Origin: Malacoraja senta
Lineage: Eukaryota
Assembly (NCBI GenBank): GCA_038087875.1
Contig: CM075987.1
Coordinates: 6,138,001 to 6,202,000 of the forward strand
Direction: 5' to 3'
Length of the DNA: 64,000 bases
Both the position numbers and the translations under genes were made by a program. Under the pieces are notes generated by a model. That model saw only the letters and a program-made list of their open reading frames with translations, ran no database searches and was not told the origin of the DNA. Positions 11,980 through 25,817 of this stretch are shown in pieces (positions within the stretch are counted from its first letter, which is position 1; each line of letters opens with the position of its first letter).

Positions 11980-14057
11980 CTATGTTTTTGAGAGCTGCTT
12001 TTGTTCGCTTTTTGGGTGACTTTATGCATTCTGGGGGTCACATTATCTCCCTAGCAAGGGAGAGATTAGATCATTGTGCCAGGGTAATGCTTAAACAGCT
12101 CTCTTGCATTAGAGGGTTCTCAGCTATGACCAGAGAAACATTATTTAACCTGCACATTTCAATCCACATAAATTTTAATTCATTTTTATTTCGCTTGTTA
12201 CTCTGTCTAGAATTGTAGGCTATCTGAATATCTATGATGGTTGCAGAAAGCAGATAACACTACTTACTGAATAAACTACATTCTGCAATTCAAGTCAGAT
12301 CAAATGAAAATATATCCTATTATATAATACATTTATCTAAATCTAAATATTGGCATGTTATTCTAGCAGATAAAGAAACCAAAAGCATCTGTTTGCTAAG
12401 TTAAATGCATTTATGTAAAGTTTCAAAAAGAGCTTAGTTGTATCTGGCATTACTAAATTTTCTTGGCTTTGTTACACAGAATGAATAATCACTGTCTTTT
12501 GTTAATTGAATAAGTTCCATCTATGTTCTTAAATACATTGCTAAGAAACCTGAAAAAGTACCTTTTTATTTTTATTGAACTTTTCAAGCTTGCAAAGAAA
12601 TATCCAGATGCGAATTTATCAATATAGGACTGAGAAAAGAACGAAGAACAAAGTTGGTCAGCTTTGAAGCTTATTATTTCAGATGATAAACTGACTATTA
12701 ACTTGTTAAGGATTGTTGTTGACGTAACTTTAAAAAAAAAAAAGTTTTTTAAAAGCATTCAAAAATAAAATCAAGTCAGCCAGTCAGCCTCGTGATAATT
12801 TTCATCAGTCCTGGCAAAGAAAAGAGTGAGACCAGCAGTTTTTCACAACAGCAAGTGTGTCCTGTGTCATTGAAAAGCTCATATCTCACTTGGGTGTCCT
12901 TCAGCTGAAAGGAAAAAAAATGTTGAAGTGTGCAAAATGTGGTGAAATAGTAGTCTATATGTCCCAATCAATTCATCCACAGAGCTATCATAAGGTGTTC
13001 CTCAGTTTAAGGATTTGAATTCATGAGTTTAAAATGAACACTTCACTGCAGTGTAAAATACTAAGTTCACCTCTCCGAATAACCTGTACAAACTAAATGA
13101 CATTCGATCCTATTGACTAAAGGCTCAGAGGTTAGCAATCAATAGGTTTAATTGATCTGTGATAAACGAGTTCAATGATTTCAAAGTTTACTTATTTTCC
13201 TTGAGCATATGTTTCGTACTGGAGGATATGTTGGCCCATTGGACCCTGACCAAAGCTGCACTGAACATTGCTTAATTGTTTAGTGCCAGTTTTACTTCCT
13301 TTATGAAATAGATTTTTGTTTTATTTCATAACAGTTGTTTAAAGAGCAGTGATTTAATTGCTTAATAATCCTTGACATCCTAGATATATTTTGTAAAGAT
13401 TGTTACTTTGAAACAACTTTTATTTATCAGTTAAAATTCTCATTACCAATTTATTGGTTATTCATACTGCCACTATGAATTTTCTCTGAAATTTATTCTG
13501 TAGGAAGTTGTTATATGTACAAATATATTTGGCCATCTGAAAATAAACCAAAATGTTTTTCATGCAATGATAATTTTTATTGTTGCACTGGTGACCAAAC
13601 AGCACACAGTTTAAAGCTACCAGAATATGGACTTAGTTTGTTGCTTCATTCAAACATTGAACAAAGTCGAGAGACTTTGAGATTGAAGCACATTTGGTTA
13701 CCATAAAGATGGGCCCTTTACATTCAGTTACTGGTGCTGTGATTTAAAAAAAAAAAAACAAGCACATGTTATCAATGATGAAATTAGCCTCTTGTTCTTA
13801 TCTCCTTTAAGAAAGTATAATGTTTGCCTTAGATGTAACTCCAGGCCCACAGCGCAGTTGGTGAATGTTGCCTTCCCTTTAAATTGCAAAGCACAAGCAG
13901 TACTAAATGCTGCAGTTCAAAGTGATACTCAGAATCCCATTTTGTGAATAAAAATTGTACAAATTCTCTCAAACTTCTCTCAATATGTTTTAACCGACGA
14001 TAGACACAAAAAGCTGGAGTAACTCAGTGGGACAGGCAGCTTCTCTGGAGAGGAGAG

Positions 14058-14091
14058 GGTGACGTTTCAGGTCCAGACCCTTCTTCAGACT
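14058..14091 (-). ncRNA. Minimal hammerhead ribozyme motif (near intact), antisense strand
   Basis: The - strand reads AGU-CUGAAGA-A-GGGUC-ug-GACCU-GAAACGUC-ACC, within a Penelope-end repeat at about 14001-14165. Confidence 0.5.
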
Positions 14092-14374
14092 GGTTAGGGA
14101 TAAGGGAAACGAAAGATATAGACGGTGATGTGGAAAGATAAAGAACAATGAATGAAAAATATGCAATTTTAAGTTTTGGAATCTGCTTCATGACTTTGCT
14201 GGTAAAGAGAGCAATATATGTTTCGTACTGGAGGATATGTTGGCCTATTGGACCCTGACCAAAGCTGCACTGAACACTATGATTACAGTGCAGAGATATT
14301 AAATTTCCCATCCCTTCAGTCATACTTTGACAAAAGTCCTGTCTCAGCATGCAAGTAGCTGGCAAGTCTTTTCC

Positions 14375-14532
14375 CTTTTAGTGCTAGTTTAAGTGTGGTT
14401 GTTCAGGAATACTTGATCAGTCATGTATCGCCTTCAACAATTGATGTGAACCATTGTTTACATCAATTGTTTAAGGCCATAGATGATTGACCAAGTATTT
14501 CTGAGTAACCACACTAAAACTAGCACTAAAAG
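14375..14532 (+). repeat. Isolated ~77-bp-arm inverted repeat with a 4-nt loop
   Basis: CTTTTAGTGCTAGTTT...ATTGATGTGAAC-catt-GTTTACATCAAT...AAACTAGCACTAAAAG. About 10 mismatches and no indels. Confidence 0.9.
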
Positions 14533-15439
14533 TGAAGAAGCAAAATATCCTTGAGTAATCTCACCTCAATGGTGAAGGAGAGCAAACTTTTTTTTCTTTA
14601 ACCAGCTGCACTTTCTGATCATCATATCTAAATACTGGCGGGACAGTCGTGAAGCCAACAATGATCTCTGCCTGTCCAGCCTCATTTGGTCTGGTGGCAG
14701 AAGTTTAACTGCATTGGTCCCTGACACCTTATCAGGTGCTGTGGTCCCTGGAGTGACTCCATCATGGGCCACTCATCACTAACATGTGCTCAACAGAAAA
14801 CAAAGCTGTGCTTTACTCAACACTCTTTAAAAATTTCTGATATTTATTGCTATTAATACTACCTTCTGTAAGTACTGTTAAGTACTACCTTCTGAAGGTC
14901 AAGTTTAACTTCTGACCAGAATTTGTTAACTGTGCTGCCCCGTGTGTTCATTACAGACATGCCTTTACCTCATCTATCTAATTCAAATTGTTGCCTGGAG
15001 CATCCCCAATTCGAAGTAGCAGAGCCTGTGGTACGACAGGGATGGGAGGGGTTGGAGAAGTTGAAGCAAAGAATGTACTACCCACAGAAGCACTGATAAA
15101 CATTGACAGGCAGCTAAGCCGCCATTCAGGTTTAGCTGGCCATCAAATATTGCAAGCACTGTGAATACTTAACACTAGAACATTAGAAATAGAAACCAGT
15201 CAGCTACTTGTACTGCTTTAACAATTCAATACATTGATGGCTGAAATTTAGCTAAATGCTACATTCTTGCACTATACCCCTGAATTACAATTAAAAACAA
15301 AGTACGTGCTATAACTCCAGGATAAGCGCTCAACTAAGAAAACCAAACCCAAAACAAAAGTATTATCTAACTAAATACACCAACTTACAATAAATGACAA
15401 AAAAAACCCAGCTACCTACATATTAATTCTCTTTTTTTT

Positions 15440-16945
15440 TAAACGAATCCTGTAGATGTAAGTGTATCATTGAGGTTATCAAGTGAGCACCTCTCTTCAT
15501 TGGAGTTTTGTTGAGTTAGGCCCTCAACACCTCGGGAAGGCTCAACAGTTGGTTCTGGTGTCCCAGACCAACCCCCTCAATACCAGCACTGTATCTACTA
15601 AATAAAGGAAGCTGCAGCCAATTAGCTCACTCTAACACATTCTAAACGCCTACATCCTATCTTCCACTAATCCTATCCCAACATTAAACTTGTAACACCA
15701 CAAATATCGCCCTTGCATAAGACTTAACACTAGCACAGACTACAATTACAAAGAAATACACATACTGCATGTCATACGTTTCCTTTCTGCCCCCAACTGA
15801 CACTATTTCTTAGGTAGACAAAAATGCTGGAGGAACTCAGCGGGTGCGGCAGCATCTATGGAGCGAATGAAATAGGCAACGTTTTGGGCTGAAACCCTTC
15901 TTCGGCCCGAAACGTTGCCGATTTCCTTTGCTCCATAGATGCTGCCGCACCCGCTGAATTCCTGCAGCATTTTTGTCTACCTCCGATTTTCCAGCATCTG
16001 CAGTTCCTTCTTGACACTATTTCTTCTCCATCAAATCCACCTACTGCCTTGCTCTGCTGCCTCTGACATTTGCTTACAGCCTGACACCAACTCTGTCCAC
16101 GAATTCCTGGCTCTCCAAATAGCAACATGGTCGATCTCGCTATGAAACCTCTACAACCCACCTCTACAGGACGTACTCTTGCTCTCCATCCTCGCTGCTC
16201 AACTTCTGCTGCCAACTCTACATATCTAAGCCATTTTCCTTTCATAAGTCTCATCCACTAAGTTCTTCCACCGTCAGTTCTATAAAATACACTATCCACT
16301 GACTAACTGACCATAACACTATATCAGGCTCACTGATGACGTACCTGCTCTGCAACCAATTTCCTCCTCTCTGTTGGACCTGCCTTACTCCACACTGGTT
16401 TCCCTCTGCTGAGCCCCAAGCCTCTTTTCCCTTGCCTCTGAGCTGCTTGTGCTTCTTCTACTGCCTGCCTTGAGTTCCACTTCCTCCCTCTGGTTACACT
16501 TGGCACCAGATTACTAACTCAGGTTTCCTTACTCCCTGATAATTGCAACTCTAACCTCACCTTAGCACACCTAAACTCCTCTGTTAGGCTAGACAATGGT
16601 AAATGGAGAATACCTTTCCCATATAAAGCCACATACGAAGACACCATGGAACTCCTAACCATTTGCTAATGTATGAACTAACCAATCTCCTTAACCTATC
16701 CACCTTAGAAATTGGCACCTCATATACTGTCAGCGGCCACATCAACCTATGGAATAACCCAAACTGCAAACACCACAACTTCAACTTGCCTGGAAGCCCT
16801 GACTTCTCTATCCTTTCCAACCCATCAGTTACATCCTTTCTAAATTGCTGAACCTGTTCAGTGTCATCCAACTTCCTGTTATACCACCTACCCAAACTTT
16901 TAACTGGTTTCTCCATTATCCCCATGTAACTTGATCTGACCCTCA
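15440..16945 (-). mobile_element. RLE-type (Hero-like) non-LTR retrotransposon fragment
   Basis: RT thumb region EKPVKSLGRWY...GLPGKLKLWCLQFGL..RLMWPLTVYEVP...KWLGVP, and restriction-like endonuclease region RYVELAAEVEQRGWRARVRPVEVGCRGF. The 3' boundary is uncertain. Confidence 0.8.
15812..16011. mobile_element. Penelope terminal repeat, inverted-pair insertion inside the Hero-like LINE
   Basis: 14-bp TSD TGACACTATTTCTT (15798-15811 / 16012-16025); internally palindromic. Confidence 0.8.
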
Positions 16946-19084
16946 TGTTCTGAAACATTCATAAACTTACAAATGAACAATAATTTAAGACCTAACAATT
17001 AAAACCTCTTGTATGCTATGGATGAATTTCTAATCATCCAATCTACCTTGTTGCAGCCTTGCACTTTTTCTCTGCACGTTCTCTGTAGCGGTAACATGAT
17101 ATTCTGCGCATTGTTTACTTTTTTTGGCACTACCTCATGTACTTGAGTATAGTATGATTTGTCTGGTTAACATGCAGAACAGTTTTTCACTATATCTGAG
17201 ATATCACTACATGTGAGAACGAAAAAAACAAATGATTTAGTTTAAGCTTAGTTACTTCAAAAATGTCTGTTGAGTAGCACACTTGCTTCTTGAATCGATT
17301 CGTATCCATGACAATGAGCGTGCTGCTCTTGCCTGGTGCAGGTTCAGCAGACGCTCTTTTGTGTCTGAGTGATGAGACGCGAGCAAGTTTGCACTGTACC
17401 CTGACATCATAGGAAGGGTAACCAGCGGAGAGGAGCCCTAAAGTTTGGAGACTCAAACTTGATTGTTCTTGAGGTGGGAAGTGCAGTGGGTTCCACATGG
17501 GACCTGCAGGTTCTGGCCTGCGATTTGACCCGCACAGAATCCGGCCCAGAATCATTTCTCAAATGTGACTCCATGTGTGAAATGTTGGTTCTCAGTTGTA
17601 CAATTGCTCTTGTCCAGAAAACATTTGTGGAAATTACAGATTTGAATGGTATAAATATGCATCCTCGTTAGCTATTTGTCAATCATTCAATGGTCTCTTC
17701 AGATTTTATTTTGAAAAGGTTCCATATCAATAGAGGTTATTTTATTTCTTCCTTAACTCCACAACTTAATTTATCCACACATTGGATAAATCCTTGCAAA
17801 ATGTTTGACTTGGTGACGTAAGAGCTCACAATTGTTTGCAACAATGGGCCATTCTGTGTACTGCAAAGGTATATTCTACAAAGGGGAATACACCTTTGTA
17901 GCAAGATGTTTGTCTGTCAATTCTCAATTTAGCCACTAACTATGATTATATGAAATTATGTTCAAGTCTGACCTAAAATTTATGTTGGATGATTACTTTT
18001 AGTTAAAGCTTAGTTATACTTCTAAGCATTCTTCAACATTTTATATGCCTGAAATTGATTCTCTTACCCTGGTTCTGAAGGTAAGGACAAAGAAAGCATC
18101 TGTAACTATCATTACTTCATGGAGCAGCTTTATAAACAACAACAGCCACACCAGTGAAAGCAGTAGGGGGTTAATGGAAGTACTGTATCATAGTAGTCTA
18201 CATGTCTTGTGTCAGAACTTTGGGGGAGAAGTTTAAATAAAAAGTGAACAATGGTACCTAATTCCAGGGATCTCTTCTCTACAGCACAAGATGAATGTGC
18301 AAAGGAAGCTGTTACGGCAGATATTTAATTAGCAGCAGTCACGTTGGATAAATCCAAAGAGTGTTGTCTCAGTGGACGTGTTTGGGTTTTTGGTTGATGG
18401 CTTTCCTGGCAGTCGCCGGTGGAAAATGGCTTACAGATAAAACAGAAATGCTGATCTAAACTGCATCATGGTTCGGTGAAGTCAGTGATGGAAAGCAAGT
18501 TATGCAGAGACCTGCTGGGGATTCACAAATGAATATGCACAAGGATTTTAATGTTTTAACAAATATAGAGAAGCTTTGATCTCATGGCATTTAGTGGTTG
18601 CCAAATTACCCTCGAGGGAATGCATGTATATATATATATATCTATCAATATAAAACCTACACAAATGATTGTGCTGTGGGGGAATCCGTGGGTTTCCTTC
18701 CTTTCAGTGGTGAAGCCTCGCCTCCAATAGAGATCTGCGAGTTTCAGCAAATTGTTGTGGTTATTGAGTAACAATGTATCAAATTGTATTGGTCTAAATT
18801 AGTCTAAAGTAGTTGCTTAAAATTGAAGTGATCTTATTTTGACATTTGTTGTTTAAATGCTTCGATAGTGGGGAGTTTTCACTGATAAGCCAGCAACTAT
18901 GTTATCTCGATAGATGCCATTGGGGAGAGGCAAGAACAAATGGCTCACTGCTTTCAGACAGGCAGTTTGTTGTACACTACAGGGAAAGGCTAATTTAGTA
19001 ATTTGTTGTTTTCTATATTCATATTTTAGGACATGGCTTTTAGGGGAAAATCCAGGGCTTTTTGCTCTTGTTCTTGTAAGGATG

Positions 19085-20540
19085 CTAATTACTCTTCTAG
19101 GGATGGTGGTGAGCCAACTTCTGCAGTAGTTATTCTGCTGAAGGTATTGCACAGTGCTGCTGGGGAGCATGAATAGTGATGTATGTCATCCTGACTTGGA
19201 AATGTATCTTGAAAGGGAACTTGCATGTGGTATCCTTACCTGGTACCTGCTGCCCTTATTCTTCCCGTTGACAAATTTAAGATGGAAAGGCTTTGAGTGG
19301 CATGACTTGGGTTCGTCCACACAGGCTCTCACCTGTGCTTGTAGTCACAGCCCTGCCATGATGAAGTTGGGCTGCAGTGATCAATTGCATTCATCTCTTG
19401 TGTACAGCATGATTTCACGTAGTTTTTGCTTGAGGCCCATTGATCAGTTAAACCAGGAATTCTTCGTGCCAGGCTTGGTTAGATTCTGTCATGATGTCGG
19501 GGGCTATCTCATCTCTGGAGTTTGGTTCTTTGATCCAAGGATGCGATGATATCTGGCGCAGTGTAATGCTGATGAAACCCAAACAGGGCATTGATGAGAA
19601 CATTTCAACTAAAATCCACCTGATTTCCCTGTTGACATCATTTTCAGTCACTGAGGACTGAGTGTGCACTGATTGAGTAGTAATGAGCTGGAATTCATTT
19701 GCCCTGCACTTTGTAACCAGGACAGAGCTTTGTGCATGGTTAGGTGAATGCCAGTACCATGACGAAGCCACATGGCTTGGCCTGGCACAGACCTGGTTGT
19801 GGGGCACTGGTCTTCAGTGCTGTGCCTCTATCCAGTGAGAGCTATCAATCCAGCTGTGCCTTGAGCCAAACCATGCTGTTCCTTTATCACACTGGCATTC
19901 CCCTCCTTTGTGATATTGTGTGGAGGGACTAAGACTGGCTTCTGCGACCATAGAGATCTCAGCAGGCATATGGCTGAACATGGTTGCCAGTGCTTCAGCT
20001 TCCCCTTTCACTGGACACTGCCTTCGAATGTGTGGTGGTAAGGATCATTTCTAGAGGCTCTTTATCCTGTCACCTTTTTAATTATTTGCCACCATTCACA
20101 ACCCAAATGGGTTAGAGCTGCAGATTGTCACTCTGATCAATTGGCTGTGAGATCACCCCACTGTGTGCACTGTTTAACTCTCTCACAGTCCTGAGGTGCA
20201 GCCTCAGGGGGCTTGGTCCCTCAGCTTTGGATGTGTGTGGTGATGTTTCTTGCGTGCCTTCTGGCACTCATTGAAATAGGGTTCATGACCTGGCTCCATA
20301 GTCATGATGGACTGAGGGTCACACATTGTGCCGTGTACATTGTTGCTGCTGATCCTCGGTGCCTCATGGATGCCCAGTTTTGATCTGCTCGTTCTGTTCC
20401 GAGTCTATTCAACGTTATCTGGTTATAATGTCAATACAGCGCAGTTGCAGATTATCTTGAAGTGAAGAAGGTACTTGGTCTCCTTGAAGACAGTGATGGT
20501 CATTTCTACCAGTACAATTGTGAACAAATATGTTTCTCCT
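19085..20540 (-). mobile_element. Very old LINE remnant (family not assigned)
   Basis: The - strand reads KGEAEALATMFS (cf. ORF2 KAE.FA..FS). The low-coordinate end resembles the fragment at about 42290-42530. Heavily decayed. Confidence 0.4.
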
Positions 20541-22605
20541 GTGCCATTTTGGGTGAGTGTGGTGGAAGAAAATACAACTACGGTGTGAGGTTGTGTAACA
20601 TTGTGGATTGGGCAGTGACAAAGGAAGAAGTAGAGACTCGAGACTACAGGTGCTAGAATTATGAGCAGAATGTAAAGTGCTGGAGGAACGCAACGGGTCA
20701 GGCAGCATCAGTGGAGGGAATCGACTGATGATGTTTTAGGCCGGGACTCCTCTTGGGTCTGAAGAAGGGCCCTGACCCGAAATGCCGCCTGTCTGTTCCC
20801 TCCACATATGCTGCCTGACCAGCTGAGTTCCTCCAGCGCTTTGTGTTTTGCTGAAGGACTAAGTAGTTAGAGAGAAAATAAAGGACTTCTAAGTGGAGCT
20901 GTGGTGGAGAAAGGGGAAATGTGTACTCAGTTGAATTGTGGAAGAGCAAAGGAAAGTGAGGGGGACTGAGGCTCCTGTGCAGCATGGAGTATTGGAGGAC
21001 TTCTTGCTGAGGAGCAGTCAGTTCGGTTCGGTTGCCTGATAACAGCTGAACCATCTTGTCAACTGTACAGACACCTTGTAAGCACCAGGCTGGATTTCTG
21101 GAGCGGACTTCCATTTCTCCAGTACCAGTTGCTGTAAGACCTTCAGCAGAGCAACATTGGCCTCAACAAGGTCACTGTACAACCTGTTACATTGAAGAAT
21201 TATCAGTCAGAAAATTATCAAGAAAAAATCTCAACATATATCTGAATTGATTTTGGAGATTGCACAAGAGCTTTTGGTGAAAGCTGAAATTCCACACAAA
21301 AAATAACATTCTGCAATTTTTTTTACCCGAGGGAAATGAATTTACGAATGTAGTATTTTAGGCCATGGTGCTGGCAGGTTAATAACAATGTGACATTCAA
21401 TTCATGTGACGGTCGGAGCCGTTTTCCCAAGGTGAAAATATCAAAGACTAGAGGGCATAGCTTTAAATATCAAAGACTAGAGGGCGTAGCTTTAAAGAGA
21501 GGGGTAAAGTTTGAAGGAGAAGTGCGGGGCAAGTTTTTCTTTACACGAGGGTGGAGGGTGCCGAGCATGCACTGCCAGAGGTGGTGGGTGGAGGTTGATG
21601 ATAGTGGCATTTAAGAGGCTTTCAGATAGATGCATGGATATGCAGGGAATGAAGGGATCGTGTGTAGGCAGAGATTAGTTTATCTTGATTCAGCACAGAC
21701 ATTATGGGCTGAAGGGCCAGTTCCTACGCCGTGCTTTTCTATGTTCTCCGCTCTATATATCACAACAAAGCAAAATGCATTTTAAGGGCATTTCACAATG
21801 AGATTAGTTTGTTTTTGTCATCTCGGTGATTCCCATGATTACGTAGTGAAGGCTGCAAGCTGTGCGCCCCGTGGAGGAAGACTGAATAGCTGACAGCAAT
21901 ATTGGGATTCCCGCATTAAACTATGCATGCTTGGAAATCCTGAGGTTACAGTCGACAGCGTGGCATGGTGACAGAAAACTCTGCCGCTTTCACCATCACT
22001 GCAACTGCTGATCCCAGCCCGTTAGACATTTTCTACTAGCCTTATAACTTCAAATAATAGCAATGAAAATTGATACAAAGTTATGTGCTTCAGCTGGTGA
22101 CACTGATTTATTCCTGGCAGAATTTGAGCTGGCACTGTCCCAGTTTAGCAACAGCCTCTTGCAATATAAATGGGAGAGTGACTTCAGTCATGTAAGTGAT
22201 CCAGTACCCAAGGGTGAATGTTTTCAAGTTTTTTTTGGCAGGTTTCAATGATTTTTTTTCCCTTTTGAAAGTGAGGTTCCCTATAGGTTAACATCTCTGA
22301 AGGCAGAGGTGCCGTTCAGTGACTACAATTCTCTGCTGTACTTTTCCCAACCCAGTAGCAATGCTTATTCCAATTGCATTATTCCAAGCAATCCTTCAAT
22401 TATCGTGAAATGTTTATGCTTGCATTAAAATATTTACAAGTTGAGTTCCTTTGTTTTCTTAAAAGTTTCTTAAATCGTAAAAGTTGCACCAATCTGTGAC
22501 TGCAGTTTCAAACATTTGAAAAACAACTTTTCCATAACTTTTTTAATTCAGTAAAATATATTGGTGTTTTGCACTGAAAAGTGCATCAGTTAGAATTAAG
22601 GGTAA

Positions 22606-22911
22606 AGGGCCTGTTCCACTGTACGAGGTAATTCAAGAGTTCTCCCGAGTTTCCCCTGATTCGAACACGGAGAATTACGGTAATAGCCGCTCGTAGGTAC
22701 TCGGGGCTCTCGTGGACATTTTTCAACATGTTGAAAAAACTTCACGAGCTTACCGTGTTTCCCGAGTACCTGCCGTTAGCATTACGAGCCGCTAAGAGAC
22801 GTCCCGAGCTCCGACGTACCCGCTACGTACATTCTACGTACTTACCACGAGTTTGATTTTTTTTTAAACTCGGGGAGCTCTTGGGTAAACTCGTATAGTG
22901 GGACAGGCCCT
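22606..22911. mobile_element. PIF/Harbinger-type MITE (306 bp)
   Basis: TAA|AGGGCCTGTTCCACTGTACGAG...CTCGTATAGTGGGACAGGCCCT|TAA. Same family as 31678-31995, in opposite orientation. Confidence 0.85.
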
Positions 22912-23456
22912 TAAGGAAGGACATTTATGTGGACAGTGGTTTTGAAGTGACATTTGAAGGTTTCTCAAGTGTAAGAACTAGTAGCAGGAGAAGGCCATTG
23001 TGCCCTGAGAGTCTGGCCAGCAATTGATGGTGGGTAATGGGTAGATTATCGGTAAAGTTCTTACTGGAATCCATTGTCCCACCCAATCCCCATATCCTTT
23101 GATTCCCTCAGTTTCCAGAAACCTATTGATGTCTTCCATGACTGAGCCTTCACAACCCTCCAGAATGGGGAATTCCAAAGATTCATCACCCTCTACTCCG
23201 ATTCTAGGCAGAAGAAACATTCTTTTAGTTTCTTTGTCGCAATGCTTGGAACTAAATTGCGAAGTGAAAATAGTTTACTGAAAAGTTGTACCTTACGCAG
23301 GCTGATGAAACTGGTGTTGGGGAAGGTGAGCTTCTGGATGAAATTATGGCTGAGGGTTTGTGTAGTGAAGGGGATGACTATGGGTGGAGGTGGTGGTGTA
23401 GTATTCAGTCTTGATGAGTGGTGGGAATTGGCTTTATTGAGCATCTGAAACCAGAT

Positions 23457-23767
23457 TGACACAAAAATCTGGGGTAACTCAGCGGGTCAGACAGCATCTC
23501 TGGAGAAAAGGAATAGGTGCTGTTTTGGGTTGAGACCCTTCTTCAGACTGAGGGTCAGGGGAAAGGGAAATGAGAGATATAGCCTTTCATTGATCATCGT
23601 TACTTTTTGCATATATTCCATTTGTTCTATATCTCTCATTTCCCTTCCCCCTGACTCTCATTCTGAAGAAGGGGCACGACTCGAAACCTTACCTCCTGAC
23701 CCGCTGAGTTACTCCAGCTTTTTGTGTCTCTTCGTTTTAAACCAGCATCTGCATTTCTTTCCTACAG
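23457..23767. mobile_element. Penelope terminal repeat, inverted-pair insertion
   Basis: 14-bp TSD ATCTGAAACCAGAT (23443-23456 / 23768-23781). Degenerate hammerhead motifs on both strands. Confidence 0.8.
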
Positions 23768-25817
23768 ATCTGAAACCAGATACTTCAGTTCAACTGTGTT
23801 TCAGATGCTCGAGGAATTTGAATGGTTATTATGAAAAATATGTTATATTACTGACCTGCCTTGGGTAAGGGCATTAAAATGTTCATAGTTAGATTAAGTG
23901 TGTTGGTCAAAATAGTAAATTTTCCTTGCATTATTAAGTTTTTGGTGCAGAGGGCCAAGACCAAAGTTTTCTTAAATTACATCTGTTCATCTGTCTAATC
24001 TTTTTTGAAAGAAAATCATTTAAGAATGTCCCTTCCGCCCCACTGTTTCCCCAGCCCGAAGATGGAACGTGTCCCAAAGCTTTGAGTGGCATTTTTAAAT
24101 TGGAGAGATGATAAAATTACCCTTGTCGATGGCATTTCCAGTTATTCATCTAGTCTGTTTTATCTCTGCATGTAAGTCCCAGTAAGGGCAAGAAGGGTCG
24201 ATGTATAACAAATAACCAAAAGTCAAAATTATTGACTGGAGCAAGCCACTCATTCCCTTCAATCTACTTTGCCGTTTAATACCATCGTGGCTGTTCTGAT
24301 CGTAACATCAACACTGCATTCTATTCTGTCCCCAGTAATCGCCAACCCCTTTATCACAGATTGAACTACTTCTGCTTTTAAAAACCATAAACACTGCTTC
24401 CACGGATCTACTAATGGCTCTATCCAAACTTTTGGCACTGGAGTTGAATGTTCTGCCCTGTTTGTGCAGTGTTCCATTGGATTCTTGCCCAGTTTTGGAT
24501 ATATTTGCATTGAGCTTTTATGACTGGATTTAATGGCATCTTGTATTCGAATAAGTGTGCTAAGAGTTTATTTTAATGTCAGGCAGCTCGTAGATTTATG
24601 AGGAATTGTTACATTATGAATACACACGGTCTTGATTGGAAGCCAGCTTTTTTGGAGACATGATCTGCATTTTCCATAGTTATGAACTGGCTAATCAACT
24701 ATCTTCACTCCCAACATGAATAATCCTTTTATATCATCAGTTGTAACATAAAACATCTGCTTTTGATAAACAACAGATTCTATCTTCTCTATGTCATTAA
24801 TTTAGAAAAGTGTAGAAAAGAAGAACCCTTCAATTTAAAGAGTATTGCTTTGAAACTATTCGTAAACATACAGGGAGTTCACTTTAATCCTCTTCTCTTT
24901 CCATAGTACATTAAAAACCATTGTGTAACACTTCATTTCCAATTTGGTCTAGATTTATGAAATTACCGCTGTTATCGGAAATATTTACCAGTGTTGGTAC
25001 TTGATGTTACAGATTGGAGGCATATGCGATCTCTGATTAATTGGAACTGGAGAAAAAGTTTGGAAAAAACTTTAATTTAAAAATGCTGAATTTACTTGAG
25101 GCTGAGTTCAGAGTGAACAGATCTTCATTATCTCGCTTGTGAACACCAGATTATCCCACTCAAATGAAATGTTACCATTGGAAGTAACCGCTATCCTCGT
25201 GCACGAAAGAGAAAGTAAAGAAGTTTAAAATTAAAGCAAATGAAAATTAGATTTTCAGCAACATATGAAGTAACTTGCACCAGGTCCCTCCTGATATGAT
25301 ACAGCCATAGTTATATCAGTCAGTGCCGAAAGTGGAATCATTGAAATTCAATAGTGTAGATGTGCTGGTGCATGAACGTTAGACGATCCTCCATTCTTTG
25401 TGCCTGGAGATACAGTGAATAAACAGGCCTTATTTGTGCTGTTAAATTACATCCATGAATACACGCCACCAATATTTGTAGCTGGAAGGGCAAGTTCTTT
25501 TCGCAAAATGAAAAATAACACAGCTAGATTAATTCCTAAATGGAGTTAGTATTGGTTCTGCTGTATATTTTGCTCTGCATTTATATTCCTTAAACCAGAA
25601 CCAAGGAACTGAAAGACCTTTAAACATTGGAGATAAACAGGAAATTTAAAGCAAATTAGTCATGAATGTGCAGGTTCATTTATTTTTTACACAAATATTT
25701 ATTCTGAAGGACGTGTAAGTGAATCAGAGTAATTATCTTGTTTCATTGGTTATGGTATAAATTTTTTCAAAAAAAATAATTTATCAAATTACTAACCATC
25801 ACAGCAAAAACTTTCTG

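Noticed and set aside
11581-12218. Long ORFs across 11.6-12.2 kb
   Set aside because: Artefacts of translating through the 212-N gap.
21437-21496. 29-bp tandem duplication
   Set aside because: It is a simple slippage event inside a decayed CR1 fragment with no evident function.
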